Source: Escherichia coli
GTDB lineage: Bacteria > Pseudomonadota > Gammaproteobacteria > Enterobacterales > Enterobacteriaceae
Assembly (NCBI RefSeq): GCF_013122565.1
Contig: NZ_CP053258.1
DNA length: 64,000 nucleotides
Strand: one strand, 5' to 3'
In this document: positions 42,925 through 54,961 of the stretch, one piece after another
Numbering within the stretch: position 1 is the stretch's first letter
Layout of the letters: each line of letters opens with the position of its first letter
Program-made: the position numbers and the translations under genes
Notes under the pieces: generated by a model
Databases searched by the model: none
What the model was told of the DNA's origin: nothing
Seen by the model: the letters and a program-made list of their open reading frames with translations, nothing else

Positions 42925-43803
42925 TTACGCTTGCAGCTCCAGCCCCGCCAGCCGCCGCCAGTAGCCGTTACAGTCGCTGTTCGCCGTCAACGGTAGTGGC
43001 GCAGCGCCATTTTCATTAGCGCGGAAGGCGTCGAGCATCGCGAAAGTGTCACTGCCCTGCGGTGACAGGCGGACCACATCAACCAGCCCTTGCATGGATG
43101 CCAGCTCGTTACCGAGGTTGTACACGTAGCCGCTCATGGTCTGAATGCCATTGAGTACAAACACTTGTTGGTTCTCCTGCGACAGCACGTTGCGCCCGTT
43201 CGGATACTTAATGCAGCAGGTTTCGCACTCATCTTTCGGGCGGTCTTCCGAACGCGCGGTAAAGCAGCGGGCGGAGTAGGCCAGCGGCAGGTGACCGTAA
43301 CTCAGGACTTCCACTTCAAACTGGTTGCGAATGCCCAGTTCATCGCACTGGGTAAGCAGATTCACCAGCCAGTCGCGGGAAAGCTCCACCGGCATACACC
43401 AGCGCATCATGCCCTGTTTGAGCAATATTTTCAGCGTCACCGCGTTGTAGCAGTTCAGCGCGTGCCCGGCGACAAACGGCAGTTTACGTTCAGCGCACAT
43501 ATTCACCACGCCGAGATCGCTGGCTTCAATCAGAAACTCACCGTTCTCAACATAGCGTTTCAGTTCGCCCAGTTCAGATGATGCCTGCACCAGCGCCAGC
43601 GTGGAGAGCACTATCTGCTTACCACTTCCGGCGAGCGATTTTGCCATCTCCAGCCAGTCGCCAACTTTGGTTGCCCGGCGCTTGCTGCAAACCGCTTCAC
43701 CGAGATAAATCACGTCGGCGCTGCTGGTGGCGGCCTGCTGATAAAATTCTTCCAGCGTCTCTTTTGGCCAGTACCACAGCACTGGCCCTAAGGAATATTT
43801 CAT
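42925..43803 (-). CDS. ubiV: U32-family protein UbiV (O2-independent ubiquinone biosynthesis)
   Basis: ORF 42925..43821 trimmed to MKYSLGPVLWYWPKE; Cys cluster compatible with Fe-S binding. Confidence 0.88.
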   Translation of the reverse strand: MKYSLGPVLWYWPKETLEEFYQQAATSSADVIYLGEAVCSKRRATKVGDWLEMAKSLAGSGKQIVLSTLALVQASSELGELKRYVENGEFLIEASDLGVVNMCAERKLPFVAGHALNCYNAVTLKILLKQGMMRWCMPVELSRDWLVNLLTQCDELGIRNQFEVEVLSYGHLPLAYSARCFTARSEDRPKDECETCCIKYPNGRNVLSQENQQVFVLNGIQTMSGYVYNLGNELASMQGLVDVVRLSPQGSDTFAMLDAFRANENGAAPLPLTANSDCNGYWRRLAGLELQA

Positions 43804-43811
43804 TGCTTTTC

Positions 43812-44807
43812 TCACTGCCATTTACGGTGATACGCGCCAAGGGTGGTCTGCGTGCCTTCGGACATCGACCCGAGCGTCTCCATCCACGCGCTTTGCGGTA
43901 TGAAGTTTTGCGGATCGGCCTTACAACGGTCGATAGCCTGACGCCAGACTTTCGCCACCTGGCTGACATACGCCGGGCTACGCTGGCGGCCTTCAATTTT
44001 CACCGAAGCAATATTCGCTGCCATTAACTCCGGCAGCAGTTCCAGGGTATTGAGACTGGTTGGTTCTTCCAGCGCGTGATAGCGCTCGCCGTCCACCAGA
44101 TAACGCCCTTTACACAACGTCGGATAACCTGCGTTTTCGCCGTCCTGATAACGGTCGATCAGCACTTCGTTCAGGCGGGATTCCAGCCCCTGCGGCGTTT
44201 GTTGCCAGCGCACGAAACGGGCCGGAGAACACGCGCCTACGGTGTTGGGCGACTCACCCGTCAGATACGACGACAGATAGCAACGACCTTCCGACATAAT
44301 GCACAGGCTGCCGAAAGCAAAGACTTCCAGTGGTACAGGTGTGACCCGTGCCAGTTGTTTCACCTGATGAATCGACAACACGCGCGGCAGCACCACGCGG
44401 GCAACGTCAAAATGGCGATGATAAAAGTTAATCGCCTCTTCATTGGTCGCCGAAGCCTGCACTGACACATGACGCTCAATATGCGGGTAATGCTCGGCGG
44501 CGTACTCCAGCATGGCGAGGTCGGCGAGGATCAGCGCGTCGGCACCCAGCTGCGCCGCCATATCCACGGCGCGCTGCCAGCGGGCGTAACCGTCCGGATG
44601 CGCAAAAGTGTTAATCGCGATGTGAAGTTTGCGGCGATGTTGATGGACAAAACTCACCGCTTCCTGCAATTTTTTCTCGGTAAAGTTAAGGCCGGCGAAG
44701 TGACGGGCATTGGTATCATCTTTTAGCCCGATATAAACAGCATCTGCGCCGTTTTCGATGGCCGCCTTAAGCGCCGGGAGATTTCCGGCAGGGCAGAGCA
44801 GCTCCAT
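43812..44807 (-). CDS. ubiU: U32-family protein UbiU (O2-independent ubiquinone biosynthesis)
   Basis: ORF 43812..44834 trimmed to MELLCPAGNLPALKAAIENGADAVYIG. Confidence 0.88.
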   Translation of the reverse strand: MELLCPAGNLPALKAAIENGADAVYIGLKDDTNARHFAGLNFTEKKLQEAVSFVHQHRRKLHIAINTFAHPDGYARWQRAVDMAAQLGADALILADLAMLEYAAEHYPHIERHVSVQASATNEEAINFYHRHFDVARVVLPRVLSIHQVKQLARVTPVPLEVFAFGSLCIMSEGRCYLSSYLTGESPNTVGACSPARFVRWQQTPQGLESRLNEVLIDRYQDGENAGYPTLCKGRYLVDGERYHALEEPTSLNTLELLPELMAANIASVKIEGRQRSPAYVSQVAKVWRQAIDRCKADPQNFIPQSAWMETLGSMSEGTQTTLGAYHRKWQ

Positions 44808-45015
44808 AATTTTTCCTGAAGGTTGCGCTATCAAAACGCAAAAATGTTAACGAACTGGGATTTTAGTTAACCTTGCTGCGACAATTTTTGATTTAAGGCA
44901 GTTAAAGTTGTATTGGTGGTAGCAGCAATTTCATATGGAATTGTTGATTTATACCGCTATGTTATTTTTCTGATATGGCAAAATAGGATGATTGTTGAAA
45001 CAGGGAGTAAAACTC

Positions 45016-45540
45016 GTGTTGGATAAACTGCGTTCCCGTATTGTGCATTTGGGGCCATCTCTGTTGAGTGTACCGGTAAAACTGACGCCATTTGCGCTAA
45101 AACGCCAGGTTCTTGAGCAGGTCTTAAGCTGGCAATTCCGCCAGGCGCTGGATGATGGCGAGCTGGAGTTTCTTGAAGGCCGCTGGTTAAGTATTCATGT
45201 GCGTGATATTGACCTGCAATGGTTTACCTCGGTGGTGAATGGCAAACTGGTGGTCAGCCAGAACGCGCAAGCTGATGTGAGTTTTAGTGCCGACGCCAGC
45301 GATCTGCTGATGATTGCGGCGCGTAAACAAGATCCGGATACGCTCTTCTTCCAGCGTCGGCTGGTGATTGAAGGCGATACGGAGCTGGGGCTGTATGTGA
45401 AAAACCTGATGGACGCCATTGAACTGGAGCAAATGCCGAAAGCCTTACGCATGATGCTGCTGCAACTGGCGGATTTTGTTGAGGCGGGAATGAAAACCGC
45501 GCCTGAAACCAAACAGACATCGGTAGGTGAACCATGCTAA
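45016..45540 (+). CDS. ubiT: SCP2-domain protein UbiT
   Basis: ORF 44992..45540; GTG at 45016 gives (M)LDKLRSRIVHLGPSLLSVPVKL; divergent from ubiUV. Confidence 0.85.
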   Translation: MLDKLRSRIVHLGPSLLSVPVKLTPFALKRQVLEQVLSWQFRQALDDGELEFLEGRWLSIHVRDIDLQWFTSVVNGKLVVSQNAQADVSFSADASDLLMIAARKQDPDTLFFQRRLVIEGDTELGLYVKNLMDAIELEQMPKALRMMLLQLADFVEAGMKTAPETKQTSVGEPC

Positions 45541-46037
45541 TTCGAGTAGAAATTCCCATTGATGCGCCGGGTATTGATGCCCTGCTGCGTCGCTCATTCG
45601 AAAGTGATGCGGAAGCGAAGCTGGTTCACGATCTGCGTGAAGATGGCTTTCTGACGCTGGGGCTGGTGGCGACAGATGACGAAGGTCAGGTCATTGGCTA
45701 TGTGGCATTTAGTCCGGTTGATGTGCAGGGCGAAGACCTGCAATGGGTCGGCATGGCACCGTTGGCGGTTGATGAAAAATACCGTGGACAGGGGCTGGCA
45801 CGCCAACTGGTCTATGAAGGACTCGATTCGCTTAATGAGTTCGGCTATGCCGCAGTGGTGACGCTGGGCGATCCGGCGCTGTACAGCCGTTTTGGCTTTG
45901 AACTGGCGGCACATCACGACCTGCGTTGCCGCTGGCCAGGCACTGAAAGCGCCTTCCAGGTACATCGTTTAGCGGATGACGCGTTGAATGGCGTAACTGG
46001 TCTGGTTGAGTATCACGAGCATTTCAATCGCTTTTAA
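45534..46037 (+). CDS. yhbS: GNAT-family N-acetyltransferase
   Basis: 167 aa [25 protein letters not shown]; overlaps ubiT stop. Confidence 0.92.
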
Positions 46038-46326
46038 TCTCCGGGGTTTGCAGACTGCTTAACAGCTCTGCAAACCCTGCGCCTTCCGCTACCAGACGCT
46101 CTTTTTGCCGTTTGGTCAGTTGCTTAACGCGATATTCCGCCCGTAACGCCAGCGAACGATCGCCCACTGGTGCAGAAAACGCCAGCGTCAGTTCTCCTTT
46201 CCCGCGCAGTGCTTTCGCCCCTTTGCCGCTTTGGTGCTGCTGATAGCGGCGTTCGACATCCGTGGTGATCCCGGTATAAAGCTTATTGTCGGCGGTACGG
46301 ATCAAGTAAAGAAACCAGGGTGTCAT
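46024..46326 (-). CDS. yhbQ: GIY-YIG domain protein
   Basis: 100 aa [37 protein letters not shown]. Confidence 0.92.
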
Positions 46327-46376
46327 CGTCTGCGTCGCATGTTAAGGTCAGGCCCACAGTATAAAAGAGAACAGCA

Positions 46377-46799
46377 ATGGAAACACTCATCACCATCAGC
46401 CGTTGGTTGGCAAAACAACATGTTGTCACCTGGTGTGTGCAGCAGGAAGGGGAACTCTGGTGCGCTAATGCTTTTTATCTTTTTGATGCGCAGAAAGTCG
46501 CCTTCTACATTTTGACGGAAGAAAAAACGCGCCACGCGCAGATGAGTGGGCCGCAGGCTGCGGTTGCCGGAACGGTAAACGGTCAGCCGAAAACGGTAGC
46601 GTTAATTCGCGGCGTGCAGTTTAAAGGTGAGATCCGCAGGCTGGAAGGTGAGGAAAGCGACCTCGCGCGCCAGGCGTACAATCGTCGCTTTCCGGTTGCC
46701 AGAATGCTGTCGGCCCCGGTGTGGGAAATCCGGCTCGATGAAATCAAATTCACCGACAACACGCTGGGCTTTGGTAAAAAAATGATTTGGCTACGCGAC

Positions 46800-46820
<21 letters not shown>
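46377..46820 (+). CDS. yhbP: Pyridoxamine 5'-phosphate oxidase-like FMN-binding protein
   Basis: 147 aa ORF at the expected position. Confidence 0.9.
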
Positions 46821-47354
<534 letters not shown>

Positions 47355-47355
47355 A

Positions 47356-48081
<726 letters not shown>

Positions 48082-48153
48082 TTATTCCCAAGAATTGATA
48101 GTGAGCGTAATATTCACGCGCTCAATTATCATAACTTATTCCTGGGGAATGCT

Positions 48154-49194
48154 ATGACTGGTCAGTCTTCATCTCAGGCGGCAACGCCCATTCAGTGGTG
48201 GAAACCCGCGCTTTTCTTTCTCGTTGTCATTGCCGGTCTCTGGTATGTGAAATGGCAACCTTACTACGGCAAAGCGTTTACTGCTGCCGAAACCCACAGT
48301 ATCGGTAAATCTATCCTTGCGCAGGCGGATGCTAATCCATGGCAGGCGGCGTTGGATTACGCGATGATCTATTTCCTCGCGGTATGGAAAGCGGCGGTGC
48401 TGGGGGTGATCCTCGGTTCGTTGATTCAGGTGCTGATCCCGCGTGACTGGTTGTTGCGTACGCTTGGGCAATCGCGCTTTCGCGGCACGCTGCTGGGAAC
48501 GCTGTTTTCGCTGCCGGGCATGATGTGTACCTGCTGTGCGGCTCCGGTTGCGGCGGGAATGCGTCGCCAACAGGTGTCGATGGGCGGTGCGCTGGCATTC
48601 TGGATGGGCAATCCGTTGTTAAACCCGGCAACGCTGGTATTTATGGGCTTTGTCCTCGGCTGGGGTTTTGCCGCAATTCGTCTGGTGGCGGGGCTGGTGA
48701 TGGTGTTGCTGATTGCGACCCTGGTGCAAAAATGGGTGCGTGAAACAGCGCAAACGCAGGCACCGGTCGAAATTGACATACCGGAAGCACAGGGCGGGTT
48801 TTTTAGCCGCTGGGGCAGGGCGTTATGGACGCTTTTCTGGAGTACGATCCCGGTTTACATCCTTGCAGTACTGGTGTTGGGTGCCGCTCGCGTCTGGTTA
48901 TTCCCCCATGCCGATGGTGCTGTCGATAACAGCCTGATGTGGGTGGTGGCGATGGCGGTGGCAGGATGCTTGTTTGTCATTCCCACGGCAGCAGAAATTC
49001 CGATTGTACAAACGATGATGCTGGCAGGTATGGGAACTGCTCCGGCGCTGGCATTGTTGATGACGCTCCCGGCGGTGAGTTTGCCGTCACTGATTATGCT
49101 GCGCAAAGCGTTCCCGGCGAAAGCCTTATGGCTGACGGGGGCGATGGTGGCAGTGTCTGGTGTGATTGTCGGCGGGCTGGCGCTGTTGGCCTAA
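48154..49194 (+). CDS. yraQ: Inner membrane permease
   Basis: 346 aa polytopic ORF. Confidence 0.92.
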   Translation: MTGQSSSQAATPIQWWKPALFFLVVIAGLWYVKWQPYYGKAFTAAETHSIGKSILAQADANPWQAALDYAMIYFLAVWKAAVLGVILGSLIQVLIPRDWLLRTLGQSRFRGTLLGTLFSLPGMMCTCCAAPVAAGMRRQQVSMGGALAFWMGNPLLNPATLVFMGFVLGWGFAAIRLVAGLVMVLLIATLVQKWVRETAQTQAPVEIDIPEAQGGFFSRWGRALWTLFWSTIPVYILAVLVLGAARVWLFPHADGAVDNSLMWVVAMAVAGCLFVIPTAAEIPIVQTMMLAGMGTAPALALLMTLPAVSLPSLIMLRKAFPAKALWLTGAMVAVSGVIVGGLALLA

Positions 49195-49228
49195 CATGTT
49201 GGATGCTCTTGAATACAGCACTGGACGG

Positions 49229-49260
49229 TCCCCTCTCCCCTTTGGGGAGAGGGTGAGGGG
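49229..49260. terminator. Strong palindromic hairpin between convergent yraQ and dolP
   Basis: TCCCCTCTCCCCTTTGGGGAGAGGGTGAGGGG. Confidence 0.45.
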
Positions 49261-49309
49261 AACAGGTCGGCTAAGATGTGAATATTTACTTCAACGACCG
49301 ATCAATGGC

Positions 49310-49885
49310 TTATTTAATAAACGTAAACGCCGTAGTTACCCGCTTCACGCCGCTCACCCGGCTGGCAATATCTGCCGCCGCTTTCGCTTCACGTTCAGTC
49401 ACCAGCCCCATCAGGAACACTTCACCGTTTTCGGTGGTCACTTTCACGTTGGACGATTTCACCAGGTCGCTGGTTAAGAGCTGCGAACGCACTTTGGTGG
49501 TGATCCACGTATCGTTAGACGCTTCGCCCAGACCAATCGGCTGGCCCTGACGAATCTCGTTATACACTTCGTTGGCACCGTCTACGCCCATAGCAATCTG
49601 TTTGGCGCGAGCCGAAAGTTCAGCGTTTGGTGACTGCCCAACCAGCAGCACTTTGCCCTGATAGGCTGTTACATTAATGCGCGCTTCTTTCTTAATTTGT
49701 TCGTCTTTCGACAATGCGCTGTTCACGCGCACTTCCAGGGTACCATCGTCCACCTGGGTGCCGACACTGCGTGGGTCAGTTGCGGCTTTGGTACCCACAG
49801 CAGCGGTACCCACTACGGCAGCGGCAACACAACCTTGCAACAGCAGCGCGGAAATAAGGACTGCGATTGGCGATAATGCCTTCAT
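49310..49885 (-). CDS. dolP: Dual-BON-domain outer membrane lipoprotein DolP
   Basis: 191 aa ORF MKALSPIAVLISALLLQGC (lipobox). Confidence 0.95.
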   Translation of the reverse strand: MKALSPIAVLISALLLQGCVAAAVVGTAAVGTKAATDPRSVGTQVDDGTLEVRVNSALSKDEQIKKEARINVTAYQGKVLLVGQSPNAELSARAKQIAMGVDGANEVYNEIRQGQPIGLGEASNDTWITTKVRSQLLTSDLVKSSNVKVTTENGEVFLMGLVTEREAKAAADIASRVSGVKRVTTAFTFIK

Positions 49886-49894
49886 GTATTCTCC

Positions 49895-50485
49895 TTAATC
49901 ATCCTGGTGAGGGAAAAGCGTGTTATCGATCAGATCGCACAGGCAATTTACCGTCAGCATATGCATTTCCTGAATGCGAGCACTGCGATGCGAAGGGATG
50001 CGGATCTCCACATCCTGTGGCCCTAACAAACCTGCAAGTTCACCGCCGTCATAGCCGGTCAATGCCACAATGGTCATATCACGCGTAACGGCAGCTTCTA
50101 CCGCTTTTACAATATCGCGGCTGTTGCCACGGGTGGAAATGGCTAACAATACATCTCCCGCATGACCCAGCGCCCGCACCTGTTTTGCATACACTTCATC
50201 ATGTAAGCGATCGTTGGCAATCGCCGTTAAGACAACATTATCAGTATTTAGTGCAATGGCAGGTAAGCTGGGCCGCTCCGTTTCGAAACGGTTGATCATG
50301 CTGGCAGCAAAATGCTGTGCATTGGCAGCGGAAGTTCCATTACCACAACAGAGGATTTTGTTGCCATTGAGCAGAGACTGAACCAGCGTTATGGCCGCAC
50401 GGGAGATGGCATCCGGAAGCGCCTCTGCCGCCGCAATTTGAGTTTGAATGCTTTCAGTGAAGCAAGCTTTAATTCTTTCTTGCAC
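49895..50485 (-). CDS. diaA: DnaA initiator-associating SIS-domain protein
   Basis: 196 aa [34 protein letters not shown]. Confidence 0.95.
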   Translation of the reverse strand: MQERIKACFTESIQTQIAAAEALPDAISRAAITLVQSLLNGNKILCCGNGTSAANAQHFAASMINRFETERPSLPAIALNTDNVVLTAIANDRLHDEVYAKQVRALGHAGDVLLAISTRGNSRDIVKAVEAAVTRDMTIVALTGYDGGELAGLLGPQDVEIRIPSHRSARIQEMHMLTVNCLCDLIDNTLFPHQDD

Positions 50486-50504
50486 GCTAATCCTTAAACC
50501 TTAA

Positions 50505-50900
50505 TTATGAGTGGTCATTAAAGGCATCCTTAATCCACTCAACCTCATTCCCGGTGAAGGCTACCACATCGAACCGGCAATCCACAGTATCAAAACTCCC
50601 ATTATGACGCGCGAGCCACAAGCGGGCAGTCTGTAATAATTTGTGTTGTTTGCTGCGGGTCACACTGGCTGCCGCGCCGCCATAAAGCGCAGAGCGGCGA
50701 TAACGTACCTCGACAAAAACGGTGATCCGGCCTTCACGCATTATCAGATCGATCTCACCGCCACGCTCATTCACGTTAGCGGCGATAAACCGCAGTCCTT
50801 TGCCTTCCAGCCAGCGACGCGCTTGTACTTCCCACGCATCGCCGGTCTGTTTGGTGGTTAACTGGCGGGGACTACCTGACCTTGTTGGTACTGTAGCCAT
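50505..50900 (-). CDS. yraN: UPF0102 (YraN-family) protein
   Basis: 131 aa ORF; overlaps lpoA 3' end. Confidence 0.9.
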   Translation of the reverse strand: MATVPTRSGSPRQLTTKQTGDAWEVQARRWLEGKGLRFIAANVNERGGEIDLIMREGRITVFVEVRYRRSALYGGAAASVTRSKQHKLLQTARLWLARHNGSFDTVDCRFDVVAFTGNEVEWIKDAFNDHS

Positions 50901-52885
50901 GATAACTTCCTGTTAATCACGCAATCCGGGTTAGCCGTCAGGCTTCCGGTATTGCCGTTGATTTCAAAACCCTGAACCTGGCGCATTTGTGAGAAATGAT
51001 TTGCCAGCGACCAGGCATCGACGCCCATCGCATACATGCGAGCCAGTGAATAATCGTTATTCACCGCGCTGAGTGCCTGCTGCATTAACGGTAGATTACC
51101 GCCTGCCAGCATCGGGATTTCGCTGTACTGCAAGCCTTCCATCTCCAGACGGAAATCCGGGCCAGCGGTCCCTTGCGCACTGCGGGAGCTGGCGTACAGC
51201 GTTGCACCGCTCTGGCTACCGTTACGCATGGCGATCATCGGTTTGATAAAAGCGATTTCACCCGGCGTTGCCACAATGTACACCGCATCGACACGACCGC
51301 CATTATTGGTGAACTGGTCATCGGTTGGCGTGGTTTGCAGCGTTGGATTGTTGGTCGTCATGCCGGAGTCGGTTGTCGCTCTGGGAGTAATCGGGCTACC
51401 CGTTAAAGCGATACCAGAACCGCCGTTAACACCCGCGCGTAATTCGCTGGTGGAACCAAATTTTTGTTGCAGAACGGTGCCGCCGCCCAGTTTCTGCCAC
51501 TCTTGCGCAAACGCATTGGCTACGCGATCGCCCAATGAACTGCGTGGGATCAGCACCAGCGGCGCTTGTTTACCCTGGTCACGAATATGACGCGCTGCAT
51601 CGCGCGCTTCGTCTTCCGGCGAAAGCGCGAAGTAACAAATATTGACGCGGTTTTCGATATTCTCCGGCTGGTTCAGTGCCAGCACGTTCAGCGGGGTGTT
51701 GCTCTTAAGCAACTCTTCAACGTTATTTTTCAGCAACGGACCGACCATAATACTTGCACCATCCTGCTGAACCTGGCTTAAGATCTGGCTAAGTGGTTGT
51801 GATGAGGTATCGTAGATTTTTAGCTCTGCGGATGGATTTGCGGGTGCGCTTACCGCTGCGGTGCTTGTCGCCGGGGCGCTTACAGGCACCGGCTGGGCCG
51901 CAGGCTGTTCACCGGTCAGATCGCTAACCGAGGCTTGTGCCGGGCTGGCAACGCCATCCACGGTTTGCGGTTGAGGTTGTTCTGCTACGTCTGCGGCAGC
52001 TACCTGAGCCGCCACTGGCTGAGTGCCGATATTTTTCGCCGCTTCAAAGCCTTGCTGAATAGTGCGACCAAATACCGCTGCCTGGCCATTCAGTGGCAAC
52101 AGCAGGGCGATTTTGTTGGTTGATGCTGGTTTAAACGCTTTTACGTTAACCAACTGCGTGGGCAGCATTTTCGCGCCCGGGTTGTTCGGATAACGTTTCT
52201 GCCAGTCGGCGATCCCGGCTTTCATCATGTCGGGATCGTTACGGTTATCAAACCAGACGCGCTGCAGATCCAGCCAGCCTTGCAGAATATTTTCGTCGGC
52301 GTTGATCACCAGCGTATTCGCCTGTTCCTGAGTCATGGAGGAGAGCGCCTGCCAGGTGGCGTCAATATTCTGCTGCTTTTCTTTCGCGCCGAGCAGCGGT
52401 TCCTGAGCAATTAACGCACGCAGTAAATCAATGGAAGGACGCCCCTGGCTGGCATCGATTTTTGCCTGCCAGTAACGCGCTTGCTGGTTTTGTTCTAAAT
52501 CGGCAGGTGTGATTTTCGCCAGCAAGTTTTGCGCGCCAGCAAAATCTTTCTGTACCAGTTTAATCTCTACCGCCAGCAGTGTTTTCTCGCGGCGCTGAGC
52601 ATCGTTCAGTTCTTGCGGTAGTTGGTTAAACAACTCCACCGCCTGCCCGGTTTTACCTTCTTTCACCAGTGCACGAATGGCGAGTAATTGCCAGTTGATC
52701 CTGGTATCATCAGAGCTTTGCTGCATCTGCTGAAGATAAAAGGCAGAATCAGCCTGCGCCGTGCCCTGCATATAAGCAGTGGACTGATCGGGAGTATGGG
52801 TGCCACAACCGGCGAAAATCAGGGCTGCCAGAACAACAGGCAGACAACGCGCGGCTTTCAAACGAGAAAATGTTGAGGGTACCAT
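50858..52885 (-). CDS. lpoA: Outer membrane lipoprotein activator of PBP1A
   Basis: 675 aa ORF with lipobox (LIFAGC), N-terminal TPR-like and C-terminal periplasmic-binding-like domain. Confidence 0.95.
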   Translation of the reverse strand: MVPSTFSRLKAARCLPVVLAALIFAGCGTHTPDQSTAYMQGTAQADSAFYLQQMQQSSDDTRINWQLLAIRALVKEGKTGQAVELFNQLPQELNDAQRREKTLLAVEIKLVQKDFAGAQNLLAKITPADLEQNQQARYWQAKIDASQGRPSIDLLRALIAQEPLLGAKEKQQNIDATWQALSSMTQEQANTLVINADENILQGWLDLQRVWFDNRNDPDMMKAGIADWQKRYPNNPGAKMLPTQLVNVKAFKPASTNKIALLLPLNGQAAVFGRTIQQGFEAAKNIGTQPVAAQVAAADVAEQPQPQTVDGVASPAQASVSDLTGEQPAAQPVPVSAPATSTAAVSAPANPSAELKIYDTSSQPLSQILSQVQQDGASIMVGPLLKNNVEELLKSNTPLNVLALNQPENIENRVNICYFALSPEDEARDAARHIRDQGKQAPLVLIPRSSLGDRVANAFAQEWQKLGGGTVLQQKFGSTSELRAGVNGGSGIALTGSPITPRATTDSGMTTNNPTLQTTPTDDQFTNNGGRVDAVYIVATPGEIAFIKPMIAMRNGSQSGATLYASSRSAQGTAGPDFRLEMEGLQYSEIPMLAGGNLPLMQQALSAVNNDYSLARMYAMGVDAWSLANHFSQMRQVQGFEINGNTGSLTANPDCVINRKLSWLQYQQGQVVPAS

Positions 52886-52948
52886 AATGTATCCAGTGAT
52901 ATTTTTTTACGCAATGCTCAATATTAAATCGGCAATACGGACGACACA

Positions 52949-53812
52949 ATGAAACAACACCAATCGGCGGATAATTCTCAGGGCCAGCTTTACATCGTAC
53001 CAACACCAATCGGCAATCTGGCGGATATCACCCAGCGTGCGTTAGAGGTATTACAGGCCGTTGATCTGATTGCCGCCGAGGATACTCGTCACACCGGTTT
53101 ATTGCTGCAACATTTTGGGATTAATGCCCGGTTGTTTGCACTGCACGACCATAACGAACAACAAAAAGCCGAAACGCTGCTGGCGAAGCTGCAAGAGGGG
53201 CAAAACATTGCGCTGGTTTCCGATGCCGGAACGCCGCTAATTAACGATCCTGGCTACCATCTGGTGCGTACCTGCCGTGAAGCGGGGATTCGCGTGGTGC
53301 CGCTACCCGGGCCGTGTGCTGCTATCACTGCGTTAAGCGCCGCAGGTTTACCCTCTGACCGTTTCTGTTACGAAGGCTTTTTACCTGCCAAATCAAAAGG
53401 CCGCCGTGATGCGCTAAAAGCCATTGAAGCGGAGCCGCGCACGCTGATTTTTTATGAATCTACCCACCGTCTGTTAGATAGCCTGGAAGATATCGTTGCG
53501 GTATTAGGCGAATCCCGCTACGTAGTTCTGGCGCGTGAGCTCACCAAAACCTGGGAAACCATTCACGGCGCGCCTGTTGGCGAGCTGCTGGCGTGGGTCA
53601 AAGAAGATGAAAACCGTCGCAAAGGCGAAATGGTGCTGATTGTCGAAGGCCATAAAGCGCAGGAAGATGACCTGCCTGCTGATGCCCTGCGCACGCTGGC
53701 GCTGCTACAGGCAGAACTGCCGCTGAAAAAAGCGGCGGCGCTAGCCGCAGAAATTCACGGCGTGAAGAAAAATGCGCTGTATAAGTATGCGTTGGAGCTG
53801 CAGGGAGAGTGA
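52949..53812 (+). CDS. rsmI: 16S rRNA C1402 2'-O-methyltransferase
   Basis: 287 aa [38 protein letters not shown]. Confidence 0.96.
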   Translation: MKQHQSADNSQGQLYIVPTPIGNLADITQRALEVLQAVDLIAAEDTRHTGLLLQHFGINARLFALHDHNEQQKAETLLAKLQEGQNIALVSDAGTPLINDPGYHLVRTCREAGIRVVPLPGPCAAITALSAAGLPSDRFCYEGFLPAKSKGRRDALKAIEAEPRTLIFYESTHRLLDSLEDIVAVLGESRYVVLARELTKTWETIHGAPVGELLAWVKEDENRRKGEMVLIVEGHKAQEDDLPADALRTLALLQAELPLKKAAALAAEIHGVKKNALYKYALELQGE

Positions 53813-53923
53813 TATCTCTCCGTGGCCCCGTTTGAAGAACCCAGGGGCCGCCTGCTAAACAATTAGTCTTTTTAGTGCATACCGCGCCGTAAATCCTCGC
53901 TCCGTGCGGACTGACCTCTTAAA

Positions 53924-54880
53924 TCAGGGGGCTAGTTGCGTGGTATAGTTGGCAGCGACCCAACGATAACCCTTGCTGTCGCTTTTAACATGCCCCAGGC
54001 CTGGGAATGAGATATGGGCTGCTGCCACCCAGTAACCACCCTGAGCCGCATGTTTTAATACTCGCTCACGGGTTTTTACCGCTTGCTGTTGATCCACATC
54101 GAAATGTATCGCCACGTGAGGATCCGGCATCTGCACTGCTTTGGCATGAATAATATCGCCCCACAACACTAGCGTCTGGCCTTCACTCTCCACTGTGTAC
54201 ATCACGCTACCAGGAGTATGGCCGGCCGTTGAGGTGGCTGCAATGCCTGCAATTACCGTTGCCGGTGCGATAAAGGTCTTCAGCTGACCTGCGTTGATCA
54301 CTGGGCGGATGGTCTGCTCCGATTCGACAAAGGTGTGCTTCTGACTATCTTCTACTTGCGAGGCATTCGCCGGATTAAGCCAGAAATCCGCATCTTTCTG
54401 CTCAACGAATACCTGGGCGTTAGGGAAAGCTGGTTTGCCCTGACGGGAGATGCCACCAGAGTGGTCGGCATGAATATGCGTCAGCAGCACGGCATCAATG
54501 GTTTCAGCCGGATAGCCAGCAGCTGCCAGGTTTTCAAGCAATTGGCCTCCATTGTTGCCAAACAGATCGCCCGCACCGGCATCAACCAACACGCGCTGCT
54601 GGCCATTATCAATAACAAATGCATTGATTGAAGTCTCCGTATGGGGTGTCAGTGAATCCTTTGCCAGTTGTTGGCGCAGTTTATCGGCAGGAATGTGGGT
54701 GAGTAATTTATCTAGCGGAATTGTCACCGTGCCGTCGGAGACAGCGGTAATACGTAGTTTGCCCAATATCATGCGGTAATAGCCCGGTGCTTGTGTATCA
54801 GGAGGGGGCACAGGTATAGGCGTTGCTAACGCATTTACGGAGAGTACCAGTGAGGTTACCAGAGTCAGCAAAAGTTTCAT
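53924..54880 (-). CDS. Secreted metallo-beta-lactamase-fold hydrolase, MPH-like (putative lactonase / phosphotriesterase-type enzyme)
   Basis: 318 aa ORF; N-terminal signal peptide MKLLLTLVTSLVLSVNALA; MBL motif THIHADHSGG (HxHxDH) plus downstream His/Asp ligand motifs AGHTPGS, WGDIIH, AAHISFPG; N-terminal APGYYRM...ITAVSDGTV region recalled as characteristic of methyl parathion hydrolase family; not present at this locus in K-12. Confidence 0.75.
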   Translation of the reverse strand: MKLLLTLVTSLVLSVNALATPIPVPPPDTQAPGYYRMILGKLRITAVSDGTVTIPLDKLLTHIPADKLRQQLAKDSLTPHTETSINAFVIDNGQQRVLVDAGAGDLFGNNGGQLLENLAAAGYPAETIDAVLLTHIHADHSGGISRQGKPAFPNAQVFVEQKDADFWLNPANASQVEDSQKHTFVESEQTIRPVINAGQLKTFIAPATVIAGIAATSTAGHTPGSVMYTVESEGQTLVLWGDIIHAKAVQMPDPHVAIHFDVDQQQAVKTRERVLKHAAQGGYWVAAAHISFPGLGHVKSDSKGYRWVAANYTTQLAP

Positions 54881-54890
54881 TCTATCCTCG

Positions 54891-54904
54891 ATAAGTTCTG
54901 TTAT
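54891..54904. promoter_or_regulatory. Candidate LysR-type regulator binding dyad in divergent promoter region
   Basis: ATAAGTTCTGTTAT (ATAA-N6-TTAT inverted repeat, T-N11-A-like) midway between the two divergent start codons. Confidence 0.3.
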
Positions 54905-54961
54905 TACAGTACGGGCACCAGTATCCTTTTGCGAATAACATCATTCAAATTGATTAATATA

